From a candidate division WOR-3 bacterium (GTDB lineage: Bacteria > Hydrothermota > UBA3073), in the NCBI GenBank assembly GCA_023129165.1, contig JAGMCL010000119.1, forward strand, positions 4,714-68,713: 64,000 nucleotides of DNA, in the 5' to 3' direction. The position numbers and the translations under genes are program-made. The notes below the pieces were generated by a model, which ran no database searches, was not told the DNA's origin, and saw only the letters and a program-made list of their open reading frames with translations. Shown one piece after another: positions 1 through 9,633 of this stretch. Every line of letters begins with the position of its first letter. The first letter of the stretch is position 1.

Positions 1-121
1 TTCCTACCTTTTCGCCTATAATTGCCTTCATACATTATAAACAAACAGATTAAAATTATACATCCTGAGTATTTAACCCTCAAGAGCTAACGAAAACCTT
101 ACAAATCTGGTATCAAATATC

Positions 122-427
122 CTACACCTTTATCTCAACATCCACACCTGCAGGTAGATTAAGCTTACGTAAAGCCTCCATAGTCTTTTCTGTTGGTTCA
201 TATATATCAAGCAGTCTCTTATGTATTCTTAGCTCAAACTGCTCACGAGACTTCTTATCTATATGAGGCGACTTCAGTACTGTATACAGGCTGCGGTCAA
301 CAGGTAACGGTACAGGACCAGATATCTTTGCTCCGGTTCTTTTAACATTTTCAACAATCTCCTTGCAGGAGCGATCCAGCAGTGTATGGTCGTAAGCCTT
401 CAACCTTATACGTATCTTCTCTGTCAT
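122..427 (-). CDS. rpsJ: 30S ribosomal protein S10
   Basis: The ORF 122..463 translates to [18 protein letters not shown]..., a canonical S10 N-terminus. The start is trimmed to the internal Met, giving about 101 aa. It lies immediately downstream of tuf, as in the conserved str/S10 gene order. Confidence 0.85.
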   Translation of the reverse strand: MTEKIRIRLKAYDHTLLDRSCKEIVENVKRTGAKISGPVPLPVDRSLYTVLKSPHIDKKSREQFELRIHKRLLDIYEPTEKTMEALRKLNLPAGVDVEIKV

Positions 428-569
428 AATCTTACTGTAATATTGATAAATTTCAAACATCACCGCCTCTGGCTCTTAAAACCCACAGGCGGTGAAGAGC
501 AAATATAACAAATATGTTAGATGCTTCCCTTTAGGTCTTTTAAAATATTATCTACCACCAACCCCTAAT

Positions 570-1763
570 TTATTCCAGCACCTTTGTAACGACACCTGCA
601 CCAACAGTTCTACCGCCCTCTCTAATAGCAAATCTCATACCCTCTTCCATAGCTACAGGATATATAAGAGAAGCATCCAGCTCTACATTATCACCGGGCA
701 TAACCATCTCTACACCCTGGGGCAGCACTACATGTCCTGTAACATCCATTGTCCTGAAATAGAACTGCGGAGAATAACCCTTGAAGAAAGGTGTATGTCT
801 ACCACCTTCCTCTTTCGCTAACACATATATCTGTGTCGTAAACTTTGTATGTGGTGTTATGGTACCTGGTTTTGCAATAACCATGCCTCTTTCTACCTGA
901 TCCTTCTCCACCCCCCTCAGTAATATACCCACATTATCGCCTGCAACTGTTTCATCGAGTATCTTTCTAAACATCTCGAGAGATGTGGCAACTGTCTTTC
1001 TTGTAGGCTTAAATCCCACTATTTCAACATTTGCACCGGGTAGAAGCTTTCCCCTCTCAACTCTTCCGGTAGCAACTGTCCCCCTACCTGTTATAGTAAA
1101 TACATCCTCCACAGACATCAAGAACGGCTTATCAATATCCCTCTTAGGTTCGGGTATGTGCTTGTCTACCTCTGTCATAAGCTCTAATATGGGCTTGCAC
1201 TCATCACAATCTGGTGATGAACATTCAAGACACTTAAGTGCACTACCCTTCACTATGGGTATATCATCTCCGGGGAATTCATACTTGGTGAGCAATTCTC
1301 TTATTTCCAGTTCAACTATCTCAAGAATTTCGGGATCATCCACCTGATCGGTCTTGTTCATGAAGACCACAATTGCAGGTACGTTCACCTGTCTTGCAAG
1401 CAAAATATGTTCCCTTGTCTGGGGTTGGGTTCCATCTGAAGCAGAAACCACAAGTATGGCTCCATCCATCTGTGCTGCACCAGTAATCATGTTTTTGATG
1501 TAATCAGCGTGTCCCGGACAGTCAATGTGAGCATAGTGACGTTTTTCTGTTTCGTACTCTCCGTGGTAAAGCTGAATCGTGAGACCTCTTGCCTTTTCCT
1601 CTGGTGCCTTATCTATTTCATCATACGCAGTAAATTCTGCAAAGCCCTTCTGCGAAAGTACTCTTGTTATGGCAGATGTTAGAGTAGTCTTCCCGTGGTC
1701 CACATGACCTATAGTACCAACATTAAGGTGCGGCTTTGTGCGCTCAAACTTTTGCTTTGCCAT
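570..1763 (-). CDS. tuf: translation elongation factor Tu
   Basis: 397 aa, [29 protein letters not shown]... The G1-G4 GTPase motifs are recognisable and the protein shows end-to-end EF-Tu similarity. An unusual [12 protein letters not shown] segment replaces the usual acidic helix (see findings). Confidence 0.95.
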   Translation of the reverse strand: MAKQKFERTKPHLNVGTIGHVDHGKTTLTSAITRVLSQKGFAEFTAYDEIDKAPEEKARGLTIQLYHGEYETEKRHYAHIDCPGHADYIKNMITGAAQMDGAILVVSASDGTQPQTREHILLARQVNVPAIVVFMNKTDQVDDPEILEIVELEIRELLTKYEFPGDDIPIVKGSALKCLECSSPDCDECKPILELMTEVDKHIPEPKRDIDKPFLMSVEDVFTITGRGTVATGRVERGKLLPGANVEIVGFKPTRKTVATSLEMFRKILDETVAGDNVGILLRGVEKDQVERGMVIAKPGTITPHTKFTTQIYVLAKEEGGRHTPFFKGYSPQFYFRTMDVTGHVVLPQGVEMVMPGDNVELDASLIYPVAMEEGMRFAIREGGRTVGAGVVTKVLE

Positions 1764-1844
1764 ATATACCTCCTTCTGACACTAAACTTAGATTGATAAC
1801 CAATATATAATATGAAAATATAAAAACACCCTACAAGTTGACAA

Positions 1845-1873
1845 TTATACCATAAAAATTCAAATATGTCAAG
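1845..1873 (-). promoter_or_regulatory. sigma70-type promoter for tuf (minus-strand TTGACA-17 nt-TATAAT)
   Basis: The reverse complement reads cTTGACAtatttgaatttttatggTATAATtg. Both hexamers match the consensus and the spacer is 17 nt. The site is about 80 nt upstream of the tuf ATG. The tuf RBS is AGGAGGT. Confidence 0.6.
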
Positions 1874-1895
1874 CTTTTTTTTATGTTTTGCCTTT

Positions 1896-3785
1896 TTAAC
1901 TCCCAAGTAACATCTCCATTATGTCTTTCCCAACTTTAACCTCAGGAATTGCCTTTATATAGAGTCTAAAGTCATAATTCCATCTATCTCCATACTTTTG
2001 ATAGTTAAACTGAAGCTCCCAGCAGTGTAGGTCTCTCTTTAATGAAATACGCTCATTTATTAACATTCCGTTTCTAAGATCATATCTGACATCACCTTCA
2101 ATCCTCCAACCACTTGTTGGTTTCATACTTATATTTCCCCATATGCTCTCATCACTATCCTCTTTTATATTATAGGTCAGGTTCATCCTAAAATTTCCTC
2201 TCGAAAGTGAATAATTTGATATAAGATATTTCCCGTATAGTCTGTCAGAATAGATATCACATGTAAGTCCACCCCTTAAGGAAAATCCTGAAATTTGTGA
2301 GGTCATAAATACAATCCCAACAGGATTCCATTTGTGAGTGTCAAAATTCCATGTACTACTAATATCTATCCTGCCCAGATCAATCTTGTTGCCGTTCCAG
2401 GATAGGGTCATAAAGTCGTTCTGTATAGATACACCCATGTTTTCTGTATGTAATTCATTAGATCTGGAGAATTTATAATAGAAATAGGGTTTTATAGTAT
2501 GCCTAAACTCCGGGCTTCTTAATATCGATCTGCCATATATTACTGTACCAAACCCAATTGAACCATTATAGAAGTTCTCATACGAAACACTATTATCTAC
2601 ATATGAAAGTATAAGTCTTCCCCCAATAGCTGGAGAAATATTAAAATACCACAACCTCTTTGGAAGTGTAAATCTCAGGTTGTTCTCGCTTCTTCTCTCC
2701 ACATCTTCTGTGTAAACAGAATTCCGAACAATCCCAGAGTAAGAAATAAGCCCCCCAAATAATCCTATAGCTGGGGCTGAGATGGTAATCCGTGGATAGT
2801 CTCCTATAATATCATCGGTTCTGAGATCTCTTGTTTCCCTCACTATAAGCCCTGTCGAGAATGGACCAAGCCTTTTAGATAATGATAGATATGATGATAT
2901 TACCTGTTCCAGCTCACTAATTACATTATCCTCATAATCCATATTAAAAGAAAGGTCACTTACAAAATCACCTTTAGCCACAATCATAGTCCCATCACGT
3001 GTGTTATGTCGATGTGATAGTTTTACTTTCCATCTTCTTTTTACTCCGTTTTCATCTACATATTGGGCGTTCAAATTCCCTGATAACCTTGGTCTATAAA
3101 GCCAAACAGATGAAATCCCCAATGCCAGTCCCTTTTTCTCCATATAGTCGAGACTGAATGTCATATCCATATAATCTGAAATAACCCAGTAGTATGCTAT
3201 GTCTCTTACATATCTTCCAAGAGTAGAGCTCCTCCCAACTTTGGGAAAAAGTAACCCTGATGATCTGCCACTCTTTATGGGGAAGAACCAAAATGGAAGG
3301 AAAAAGACAGGTATATCCTGTACAAATAATACCAAAGGTCTTGCATAGACCATATCATCAACATATATCTTTAGAGACTTTGCCCAGAAGTAGTAGTGGG
3401 GTGGATTTAGTTCACAGGTTGTAAATTTTCCATTGTCTACATTAAGCGTTTTGGGAGCAACCATCCTTACAGTTTTACCCTCGAACCATCCCTTTTCTAC
3501 CTTGCTTCTACCATCAGTTGCTATCCCTTTTTCAGAATCCAGATTGTAGGCCATGGTTTTACCGTAAATCGTATCCTTATCTATACACAAAATGGGGTTT
3601 TTGTATGCCCTAACATCTTTGGTCTCTGTATCGTAAACCAGACTGTCAGAAATTACCTTTATGTTTCTATAATCAACCCTGGCACTTTCCTGCAGCACGA
3701 TCTTACCTTCCTCGAAATCATAAATAAGCTTATCTGCAGAGTAATAAACAGTATTATTTAAGAGGAAGATACAAAGAAGAAGCAT
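1896..3785 (-). CDS. LptD/OstA-like outer-membrane LPS-assembly protein (putative)
   Basis: The N-terminal region ADKLIYDFEEGKIVLQESARVDYRNIKVISDSLVYDTETKDVRAY resembles the OstA/LptA-like fold. It is followed by about 500 aa of alternating aromatic/hydrophobic beta-strand-like sequence. Assigned by pattern only. Confidence 0.45.
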   Translation of the reverse strand: MLLLCIFLLNNTVYYSADKLIYDFEEGKIVLQESARVDYRNIKVISDSLVYDTETKDVRAYKNPILCIDKDTIYGKTMAYNLDSEKGIATDGRSKVEKGWFEGKTVRMVAPKTLNVDNGKFTTCELNPPHYYFWAKSLKIYVDDMVYARPLVLFVQDIPVFFLPFWFFPIKSGRSSGLLFPKVGRSSTLGRYVRDIAYYWVISDYMDMTFSLDYMEKKGLALGISSVWLYRPRLSGNLNAQYVDENGVKRRWKVKLSHRHNTRDGTMIVAKGDFVSDLSFNMDYEDNVISELEQVISSYLSLSKRLGPFSTGLIVRETRDLRTDDIIGDYPRITISAPAIGLFGGLISYSGIVRNSVYTEDVERRSENNLRFTLPKRLWYFNISPAIGGRLILSYVDNSVSYENFYNGSIGFGTVIYGRSILRSPEFRHTIKPYFYYKFSRSNELHTENMGVSIQNDFMTLSWNGNKIDLGRIDISSTWNFDTHKWNPVGIVFMTSQISGFSLRGGLTCDIYSDRLYGKYLISNYSLSRGNFRMNLTYNIKEDSDESIWGNISMKPTSGWRIEGDVRYDLRNGMLINERISLKRDLHCWELQFNYQKYGDRWNYDFRLYIKAIPEVKVGKDIMEMLLGS

Positions 3786-3789
3786 ATTC

Positions 3790-5442
3790 TTAAGGTCTTA
3801 AGTTTCTCACCACCATCTCCATAAAAACAAAGATTAGACAGATGAGGAAGAACCACCTCTTCAATGAAAACATTCCTGTACTCTCCTTGAATTTAGCAGT
3901 TGTTGAGACCATTCGGGAGATATTCACAGCGACCTCGCCAACCTCATCTATAATGTAGATACCTGGATAGGGTGGACTAAAATCCAAAAAAAGGGTATTT
4001 TCATCAGGAATTGGAGAAATTTTCCATCTTTCATCTCTAATGAGATTATTGATTTCGTATGTACGATTCTCATTCACGCTTACCCTTATATCTCTGCCCC
4101 AGTGTATCATAACGGGATAATCTCCTCCATCTTTTAGATACCTTATTGTACGATGGAGAATTGGTGGAAAATTTGGAGATAATACTAAATCGGTATTTTC
4201 AATTGAGGGAAGAAAGTGAAAAAACATATTAACCTCATCCTCAACAACTGCCTGTCTACCATCTGAAAAATAAACGATAGACCTGCCCTTAATATTGTCA
4301 ATAGACCTCCTGTAAATTTTCCGAGTGGTCAACTCATCAATACAGGCATCGTCAAACACCGAAAATATGGGGTGGGTTCTGTCTATATTCTTAAAAGAAA
4401 AATAGAAATCATTCGTTCTATTCATAAATCCACCTTCTTTAAAGACTATAGAAGGCATATTATTCTCTATGTATGGCACATTCAAGAATATTATTATGTC
4501 TGTAAATGGTAATGTGGGATATACGCTTTTGCTCAACTCAACTGCAGTTTCCACTTCTCCTGGTGACAAAGCCCTTTCGATATAAAATGATGAACTGCTA
4601 TCCTGTCCAACTATTCCTACTGTTATTTTATCAGGTATCTTAAAGGAAAAATAATATATGTTGTCAATATTGAGTCCATCATCTCCAATATCAACATAAC
4701 CTGAAAAGGTGCCAGACCTATGGAATTCTATTGGAATAGAGAAATATATCTGTCCTGGTGGAAAGAGGACCTCTTTATAGCTGCTATCCTGAAATAAGTC
4801 AATAAAAACGTTTCTTCGTATCTCGTGTTCTCCATGGTTTGTCACTCCCACATATATCAGATTGTCCGTTCCCACCTGTGGTAAGGGGTCCTTCAAGTAT
4901 ACCGTATCAATTGAGATAATGTTCGATTCTCCTTCTATAATTATAACATCCCCTTCCTGTGGAATCTCTTTACTCGTAATAAATACGATGTTTTCATCTT
5001 CAACCTCAAGGGGCTGAAGCATCATGTATGAAGGAAGTATATCGTCTTTATATTGCCTGCCTGATGATAAAACAATGTCGTACCCCTTCTCACGAGCTAT
5101 TTTTTCTGCAATACCCTTAGCCTCGTCAAAGAGAATTGCATCTCCTCTCCTGGAGAACATATCATATGAGTCATCAATAAGAATAACTCCTCTATCCCTT
5201 CTAACATTTGGACTGGCAAAAGCCATTACCAGGAATAACAAAACAAGCGTTCTTAATGCCAACAAAATCCACTCCCTCAACCTCAGGAAGAGATTTCCAC
5301 CCTTAATGGATTCCTCCACCAGGTAAAGCCATGGAAAATCCACCTGTTTCACCCTTCTTTTCTCAAATAGATGAAGAATAAACGGTATAGGAAGTGATAA
5401 TAATCCTAAAAGATATATGGGTGCTAAGAAGAACATAGGCAC
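3790..5442 (-). CDS. BatA-like membrane protein with N-terminal double-transmembrane domain
   Basis: The N-terminus MPMFFLAPIYLLGLLSLPIPFILHLFEKRR...LALRTLVLLFLVMAF is typical of the BatA / TIGR02226-like double-TM domain. A vWA-like ILIDDSYDM segment follows. The gene is adjacent to DUF58. Confidence 0.4.
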   Translation of the reverse strand: MPMFFLAPIYLLGLLSLPIPFILHLFEKRRVKQVDFPWLYLVEESIKGGNLFLRLREWILLALRTLVLLFLVMAFASPNVRRDRGVILIDDSYDMFSRRGDAILFDEAKGIAEKIAREKGYDIVLSSGRQYKDDILPSYMMLQPLEVEDENIVFITSKEIPQEGDVIIIEGESNIISIDTVYLKDPLPQVGTDNLIYVGVTNHGEHEIRRNVFIDLFQDSSYKEVLFPPGQIYFSIPIEFHRSGTFSGYVDIGDDGLNIDNIYYFSFKIPDKITVGIVGQDSSSSFYIERALSPGEVETAVELSKSVYPTLPFTDIIIFLNVPYIENNMPSIVFKEGGFMNRTNDFYFSFKNIDRTHPIFSVFDDACIDELTTRKIYRRSIDNIKGRSIVYFSDGRQAVVEDEVNMFFHFLPSIENTDLVLSPNFPPILHRTIRYLKDGGDYPVMIHWGRDIRVSVNENRTYEINNLIRDERWKISPIPDENTLFLDFSPPYPGIYIIDEVGEVAVNISRMVSTTAKFKESTGMFSLKRWFFLICLIFVFMEMVVRNLRP

Positions 5443-6324
5443 TTACACCTTCTCCCTCTTTAATATGAAGTATAAAACCCTCTCTATTGGTGCGTCTGTA
5501 TCTACTGTAATATAATCAATGTTATTCCTCCATAACTCTCTCCTTATAGACGAAACAAATGTGTCCATATTCTCTCTATATTTATCTCTCATCGTGTTCG
5601 CATCAACAAGAATCTCGTCTCTTGTCTCCATATCATATAATCTTAGAGAGCCTTTAAATGGAAAATCTCTCTCCGCCTTATCCAATATCTGAACAACAAC
5701 TACCTCATTCCCCCGTGCATGCAGGTTTATAAGAGACCTCAAGGTTGAATCCATATTATCAAATAAATCCGAAAGTACAAGAATGAAGGCCCTCCTCTTC
5801 GCCTTACTGGATAATTCCTCTATTGCCTTAGCTATTTTGGTCTTGCCATTAGGAGAAGATGCCTCAAGTGCATCGAAAACTCTTGAGAGTCCTGCACGGG
5901 TTGTGGAAGGAGGTGTATGATCTCTGGTAGATGTATCGAATATTGACAAAGAGATAGCATCCTTGTTCAATATCAATAAATATGCGAATGATGCAGCTAA
6001 TACTGCTGCATATTCCCACTTGGTCATGACACCGGCATTCTTATATGCCATCGACCTTGAACCATCTATCACGATATAGGCACGAAGGTTCCTCTCCTCT
6101 TCAAACTGTTTTAGATAAAACCTGTCCGTTCTGCCATAGACCTTCCAATCAATATAACGCGGGTCATCACTGGGGTCATATTGCCTGTGTTCAACAAATT
6201 CCTGTGAAAACCCGTGATATGGGCTCTTGTGAATTCCAACAAGAAATCCATCTACTACTGTACGCGCCTTCAACTCGAGAGATCTCATACGTGCTATTAC
6301 ATATGGGTCAATATGCTTTCTCAT
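5443..6324 (-). CDS. DUF58 domain protein (MoxR/vWA-system associated)
   Basis: The sequence HGFSQEFVEHRQYDPSDDPRYIDWKVYGRTDRFYLKQFEEERNL...VLSDLFD matches the DUF58 signature over its full length. Confidence 0.7.
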   Translation of the reverse strand: MRKHIDPYVIARMRSLELKARTVVDGFLVGIHKSPYHGFSQEFVEHRQYDPSDDPRYIDWKVYGRTDRFYLKQFEEERNLRAYIVIDGSRSMAYKNAGVMTKWEYAAVLAASFAYLLILNKDAISLSIFDTSTRDHTPPSTTRAGLSRVFDALEASSPNGKTKIAKAIEELSSKAKRRAFILVLSDLFDNMDSTLRSLINLHARGNEVVVVQILDKAERDFPFKGSLRLYDMETRDEILVDANTMRDKYRENMDTFVSSIRRELWRNNIDYITVDTDAPIERVLYFILKREKV

Positions 6325-6603
6325 AGATTAATCCTTGATTATGCTTTAAGAAACCACGAGATACAAACCATTGAGTTATTGAGTAATTGAGTGTAGCTGT
6401 TATTTCCAAGTGTGTTCTTTAATTACTTAATTACCTAATGACCTAATTACTTTTTTGGGTATAATCTGTGTTTACCCCGTGAAATAGACATTTCACAGGG
6501 TAAATCTGTGGTTAATGCATATTTTGAGTTAATTATAACATAAAACTATAATTAAGTCAAGGTAAAAAGATTTAAGCACAGGCATCTATAAGGGTGAAAA
6601 AAC

Positions 6604-6632
6604 TTGACATTTAAAAATTTTTATGTTATAAT
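6604..6632 (+). promoter_or_regulatory. consensus sigma70 promoter (TTGACA-17 nt-TATAAT)
   Basis: aacTTGACAtttaaaaatttttatgtTATAATgttgacgg. Both hexamers are perfect and the spacer is 17 nt. The promoter lies about 150 nt upstream of the small ORF at 6790. Confidence 0.5.
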
Positions 6633-6789
6633 GTTGACGGTTTATAAGATTTAAACTTGAAACTGTGGAGAATAAAACAAAATAACCATACTACGCACCC
6701 AGCGTCTTTCATTAGGAAGAAATACATAGGTACAGAAGATATCTGTTGTTAAGTTATTCATAAAACTATTAGTATTGAAGGAGGTGTGG

Positions 6790-7164
6790 ATGGCGAAGAA
6801 ATGGTCTGAAGAGGATATGGAATTTCTCAGGAGTAACTTTCTTTATATGAGCAATGGAGAGCTTGCTAAACACTTTGCAGTAACGAGAAAATCTATTGAG
6901 ACAAAGCTGCGACGTATGGGTTTAAAGAGAGGTGATAGATTACCGAGGAATAGGGTAGAGACTGGGAAAAACCTTTCAGCTGCACAGGAGGCAAGATTAA
7001 GAAAACTGGCAATTGGTTTGCTTGAATCTGGTTTGAAATCTTACTCTCGTGGTGAGAATAAGGAAGCCAAATGGCAGCTTGCTAAAGTTATAAGAGAATA
7101 TCCAGACATCGTAGATATTGTAAGTGTGGCAAAAGAATATATGCAAAAACTTGAAGCCAACTAA
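6790..7164 (+). CDS. small helix-turn-helix protein (GcrA-/Myb-like N-terminal pattern), hypothetical
   Basis: A GGAGGTG RBS lies 5 nt before the ATG at 6790. The ORF caller used an upstream TTG. The 125-aa product contains KWSEEDMEFLRSNFLYMSNGELAKHFAVTRKSIETKLRRMGL, which resembles the GcrA N-terminal DNA-binding helix pair. Confidence 0.4.
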   Translation: MAKKWSEEDMEFLRSNFLYMSNGELAKHFAVTRKSIETKLRRMGLKRGDRLPRNRVETGKNLSAAQEARLRKLAIGLLESGLKSYSRGENKEAKWQLAKVIREYPDIVDIVSVAKEYMQKLEAN

Positions 7165-7167
7165 GTA

Positions 7168-7282
7168 AAACGCAGGGAAAGTCAGGTGAAAATCCGACAG
7201 AGCCCCGCTGCCGTTATACTCGGAATGCCTGCAAACATATTCTCCTTGGACCCTCGAGGGTGGGGTCCGGAATGCTTTTTTA
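7168..7282 (+). ncRNA. cobalamin (B12) riboswitch aptamer (putative)
   Basis: cgcAGGGAAagtcaGGTGAAAATCCgacagagCCCCGCtgCCGTtATA matches the conserved AGGGAA / GGUGnAAAUCC / CCCGCnaCUGUaa core of cobalamin riboswitches. It sits in the 5' leader of a TonB-dependent receptor gene. Confidence 0.55.
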
Positions 7283-7311
7283 AACCCGGTCATGCCACCC
7301 GGGTTTTTTTA
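7283..7311 (+). terminator. intrinsic terminator (riboswitch expression platform)
   Basis: AACCCGG-tcatgccac-CCGGGTT gives a 7-bp perfect stem followed by TTTTTTT. It lies 26 nt before the receptor start codon. Confidence 0.6.
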
Positions 7312-7336
7312 TTTAGGTGATAGGTGATGCAACATT

Positions 7337-9373
7337 ATGGTGTGGCTTATATACATCCTTCCTCTTCTTCTCAATGAACCTGATATAAAGGTATCGGGCT
7401 ATGTTAGGAATAAAGATACTGGACTTCCCCTTACCCCTGTCGGTGTATTCCTTAAAGAAACAGGACACGGAACATATACAGACGAAAGGGGACACTACTC
7501 TCTTAGGGGTATTCCAGAGGGTAAATATATACTGACGGCAAGGATGATTGGCTTTATAACCATAAGGAGGGAGATAGAGGTGAGAGTGGACAAAACCGAA
7601 AGGGTCGACTTCTATCTCGTTCCCTCCCCGATAGAGATGGGAGAGATTGTTGTGTCGGCCCAGCCTTCCAATATAATTACCATCACGAGAGAGGATATAG
7701 AAAAGTCAAACCATGATGACATTGGAGGAATCTTGAATTCTCTTCCCGGTATATCTGTGAGAAATAGTGGAACCACAAAATTGGTATCTATTAGAGGGTG
7801 TGACCCGAACAAGGTGGCGGTGCTACTTGATGGTGTTCCGATGAATGATGAGGGAGGAGGAACATTTGACATCTCCACAATTCCGAAAGAGGTGGTTGAG
7901 CGAATAGAGATAGTATATGGAGGGTCTATTCTCTACGGGGAAGATGCAATAGGGGGTGTGATAAACATCGTAACAAGTATAAAAAGAGAAAAAAGAAGAG
8001 TTGGGATAAAGATTGGAAGTTTTAATACACGGGACTGCAGAATTGCATTCCCCCCATTCTTCTTCTTGCAATTTTCTAAAAGAGATAACTCCATCTATAA
8101 AGATGCATCTTTCGAGGATGTAAGGAGGGAAAATTCCTCCCTTTTCTCCCACAACTTTTTTTTAAAAATCCCTTATACACTCGGGGGACTGAAGACAGTC
8201 ATCAAGTTTCAGCATTTTGCAAAGGAGAACGGAATGCCCGGTGCCATTGAACAACCAACCCCTGGGGCAGGTTCTGAAGAGAGAAAGGTGCTACTTCAAG
8301 GAGAGATAACCTTCCCTCATTTGACATCAAAGACATATCTCACGGGTGACTTTTGGAGGTTTGTTGATAGTCTCTCGTGGTCAAAAATAGACACATACCA
8401 CCGCAACATCACATATGGGCAGATACTCACAGGGGAGTGGGACTGGTGTGGAAACAATATATCGTATGGATGTTCATACAGAAGGGCTCTCCTTTTGATA
8501 GATGATGGGATAAGACCAGAAAGTAGTCTAAACAGGGAAAGGGATGAAGGCTCTCTCTGGCTAAAAAACGTAGCAAGGTTTGGCTCTTATACAATGGGTG
8601 TTATTACATCGTGTATAAAATTCGATATAGTAGAGGGTATTCATCCCCTCGCAATGCCAAAGATTGGAGTTGCCATCTCAAGAGGAAAGAGATATATTTT
8701 TGGCCTCTATTTAAACTGGAGTAAAAGTTACAGGGTCCCATCCTTTCATGAACTCTTCTGGGTGCCGGATGTATTTGCTGTGGGGAATCCCAACCTACTA
8801 CCGGAGAGGGCTACAAACCTTGAATATGGATTAAACATCTCGCTTCCATTCTATGGAATGCTGAGGGGGGATATCGCTTTCTTTTACACCGATATATACG
8901 ATGTCATCATCTGGAGGAGGAGACTCTACGACAGGTACTCACCAGAAAATGTAAGTCGTGCCCGAATCTGTGGGAGGGAGGAGAGAATATCCTGGGAGGG
9001 TCCTTATCTTAAGTGTGAAATCAACCATACATCTCTTGATGCGAGGAACTACGGTAATGAATACCATGGAAACTGGCTCGTCTTGAGACCCAAGCACAGG
9101 GTAACCCTGAAGACAGGTGTGAGATTTGGGAGGTTCTACTCAAATCTTGAAGCGAGGTGGGTGGATGAAAGATATATCAGAGAGGCAAATACAAAGTGGC
9201 TTCCACCATACTGTGTGATTGATGCAAATGTCGGAATAAATGCAAACCTATTTGAAAGAGAGATTGAGATAAGGCTTGAATCCTGTAATCTCGGTGATGA
9301 GAGTTACGAGATATTGGAGAGGTATCCAATGCCCAAGAGGTCGTGGGCGGTGAGCTTTAATATATATTTTTAG
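7337..9373 (+). CDS. TonB-dependent outer-membrane receptor (BtuB-like by riboswitch context)
   Basis: 678 aa. It begins with an N-terminal carboxypeptidase-regulatory-like domain (GYVRNKDTGLPLTPV...GKYILTARMIGF). A plug domain follows (IVVSAQPSNIITITREDIEKS...DIGGILNSLPGISV). The C-terminal barrel ends in an aromatic residue (AVSFNIYF). Confidence 0.8.
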   Translation: MVWLIYILPLLLNEPDIKVSGYVRNKDTGLPLTPVGVFLKETGHGTYTDERGHYSLRGIPEGKYILTARMIGFITIRREIEVRVDKTERVDFYLVPSPIEMGEIVVSAQPSNIITITREDIEKSNHDDIGGILNSLPGISVRNSGTTKLVSIRGCDPNKVAVLLDGVPMNDEGGGTFDISTIPKEVVERIEIVYGGSILYGEDAIGGVINIVTSIKREKRRVGIKIGSFNTRDCRIAFPPFFFLQFSKRDNSIYKDASFEDVRRENSSLFSHNFFLKIPYTLGGLKTVIKFQHFAKENGMPGAIEQPTPGAGSEERKVLLQGEITFPHLTSKTYLTGDFWRFVDSLSWSKIDTYHRNITYGQILTGEWDWCGNNISYGCSYRRALLLIDDGIRPESSLNRERDEGSLWLKNVARFGSYTMGVITSCIKFDIVEGIHPLAMPKIGVAISRGKRYIFGLYLNWSKSYRVPSFHELFWVPDVFAVGNPNLLPERATNLEYGLNISLPFYGMLRGDIAFFYTDIYDVIIWRRRLYDRYSPENVSRARICGREERISWEGPYLKCEINHTSLDARNYGNEYHGNWLVLRPKHRVTLKTGVRFGRFYSNLEARWVDERYIREANTKWLPPYCVIDANVGINANLFEREIEIRLESCNLGDESYEILERYPMPKRSWAVSFNIYF

Positions 9374-9633
9374 TGGTAACCCCAATCAAAAATATTTATG
9401 AGGAAGGTTCATAATAGTAGTTTGTCGTATCCAAAAGAGAGATGTTAATCAAAAAGAACTTACCACTGAGACACCGAGAAAGAAAATATTTTGTTTGTTT
9501 TTAAATAAACTACCCATCATTTGTGAATTTCGTGCTTTAGTGCCTTCGTGTTTTTGTTCTTAGTTTTGCACTTTTATATGTCCATACGGATCCTGTTGAT
9601 AATTTTGATATTTGATTTTTGTAAGGGGGTTTT

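Noticed and set aside
492-821. 109-aa plus-strand ORF
   Set aside because: It overlaps tuf on the opposite strand.
1709-1906. 65-aa minus-strand ORF between tuf and the LptD-like gene
   Set aside because: It spans the tuf promoter and 5' end, is AT-rich and has no RBS.
7168-7200. GGGAAAGTC could be the RNase P RNA P4 region
   Set aside because: The downstream context matches the cobalamin riboswitch core (GGTGAAAATCC, CCCGCTGCCGTTA), with a terminator and a TonB receptor, and not RNase P.
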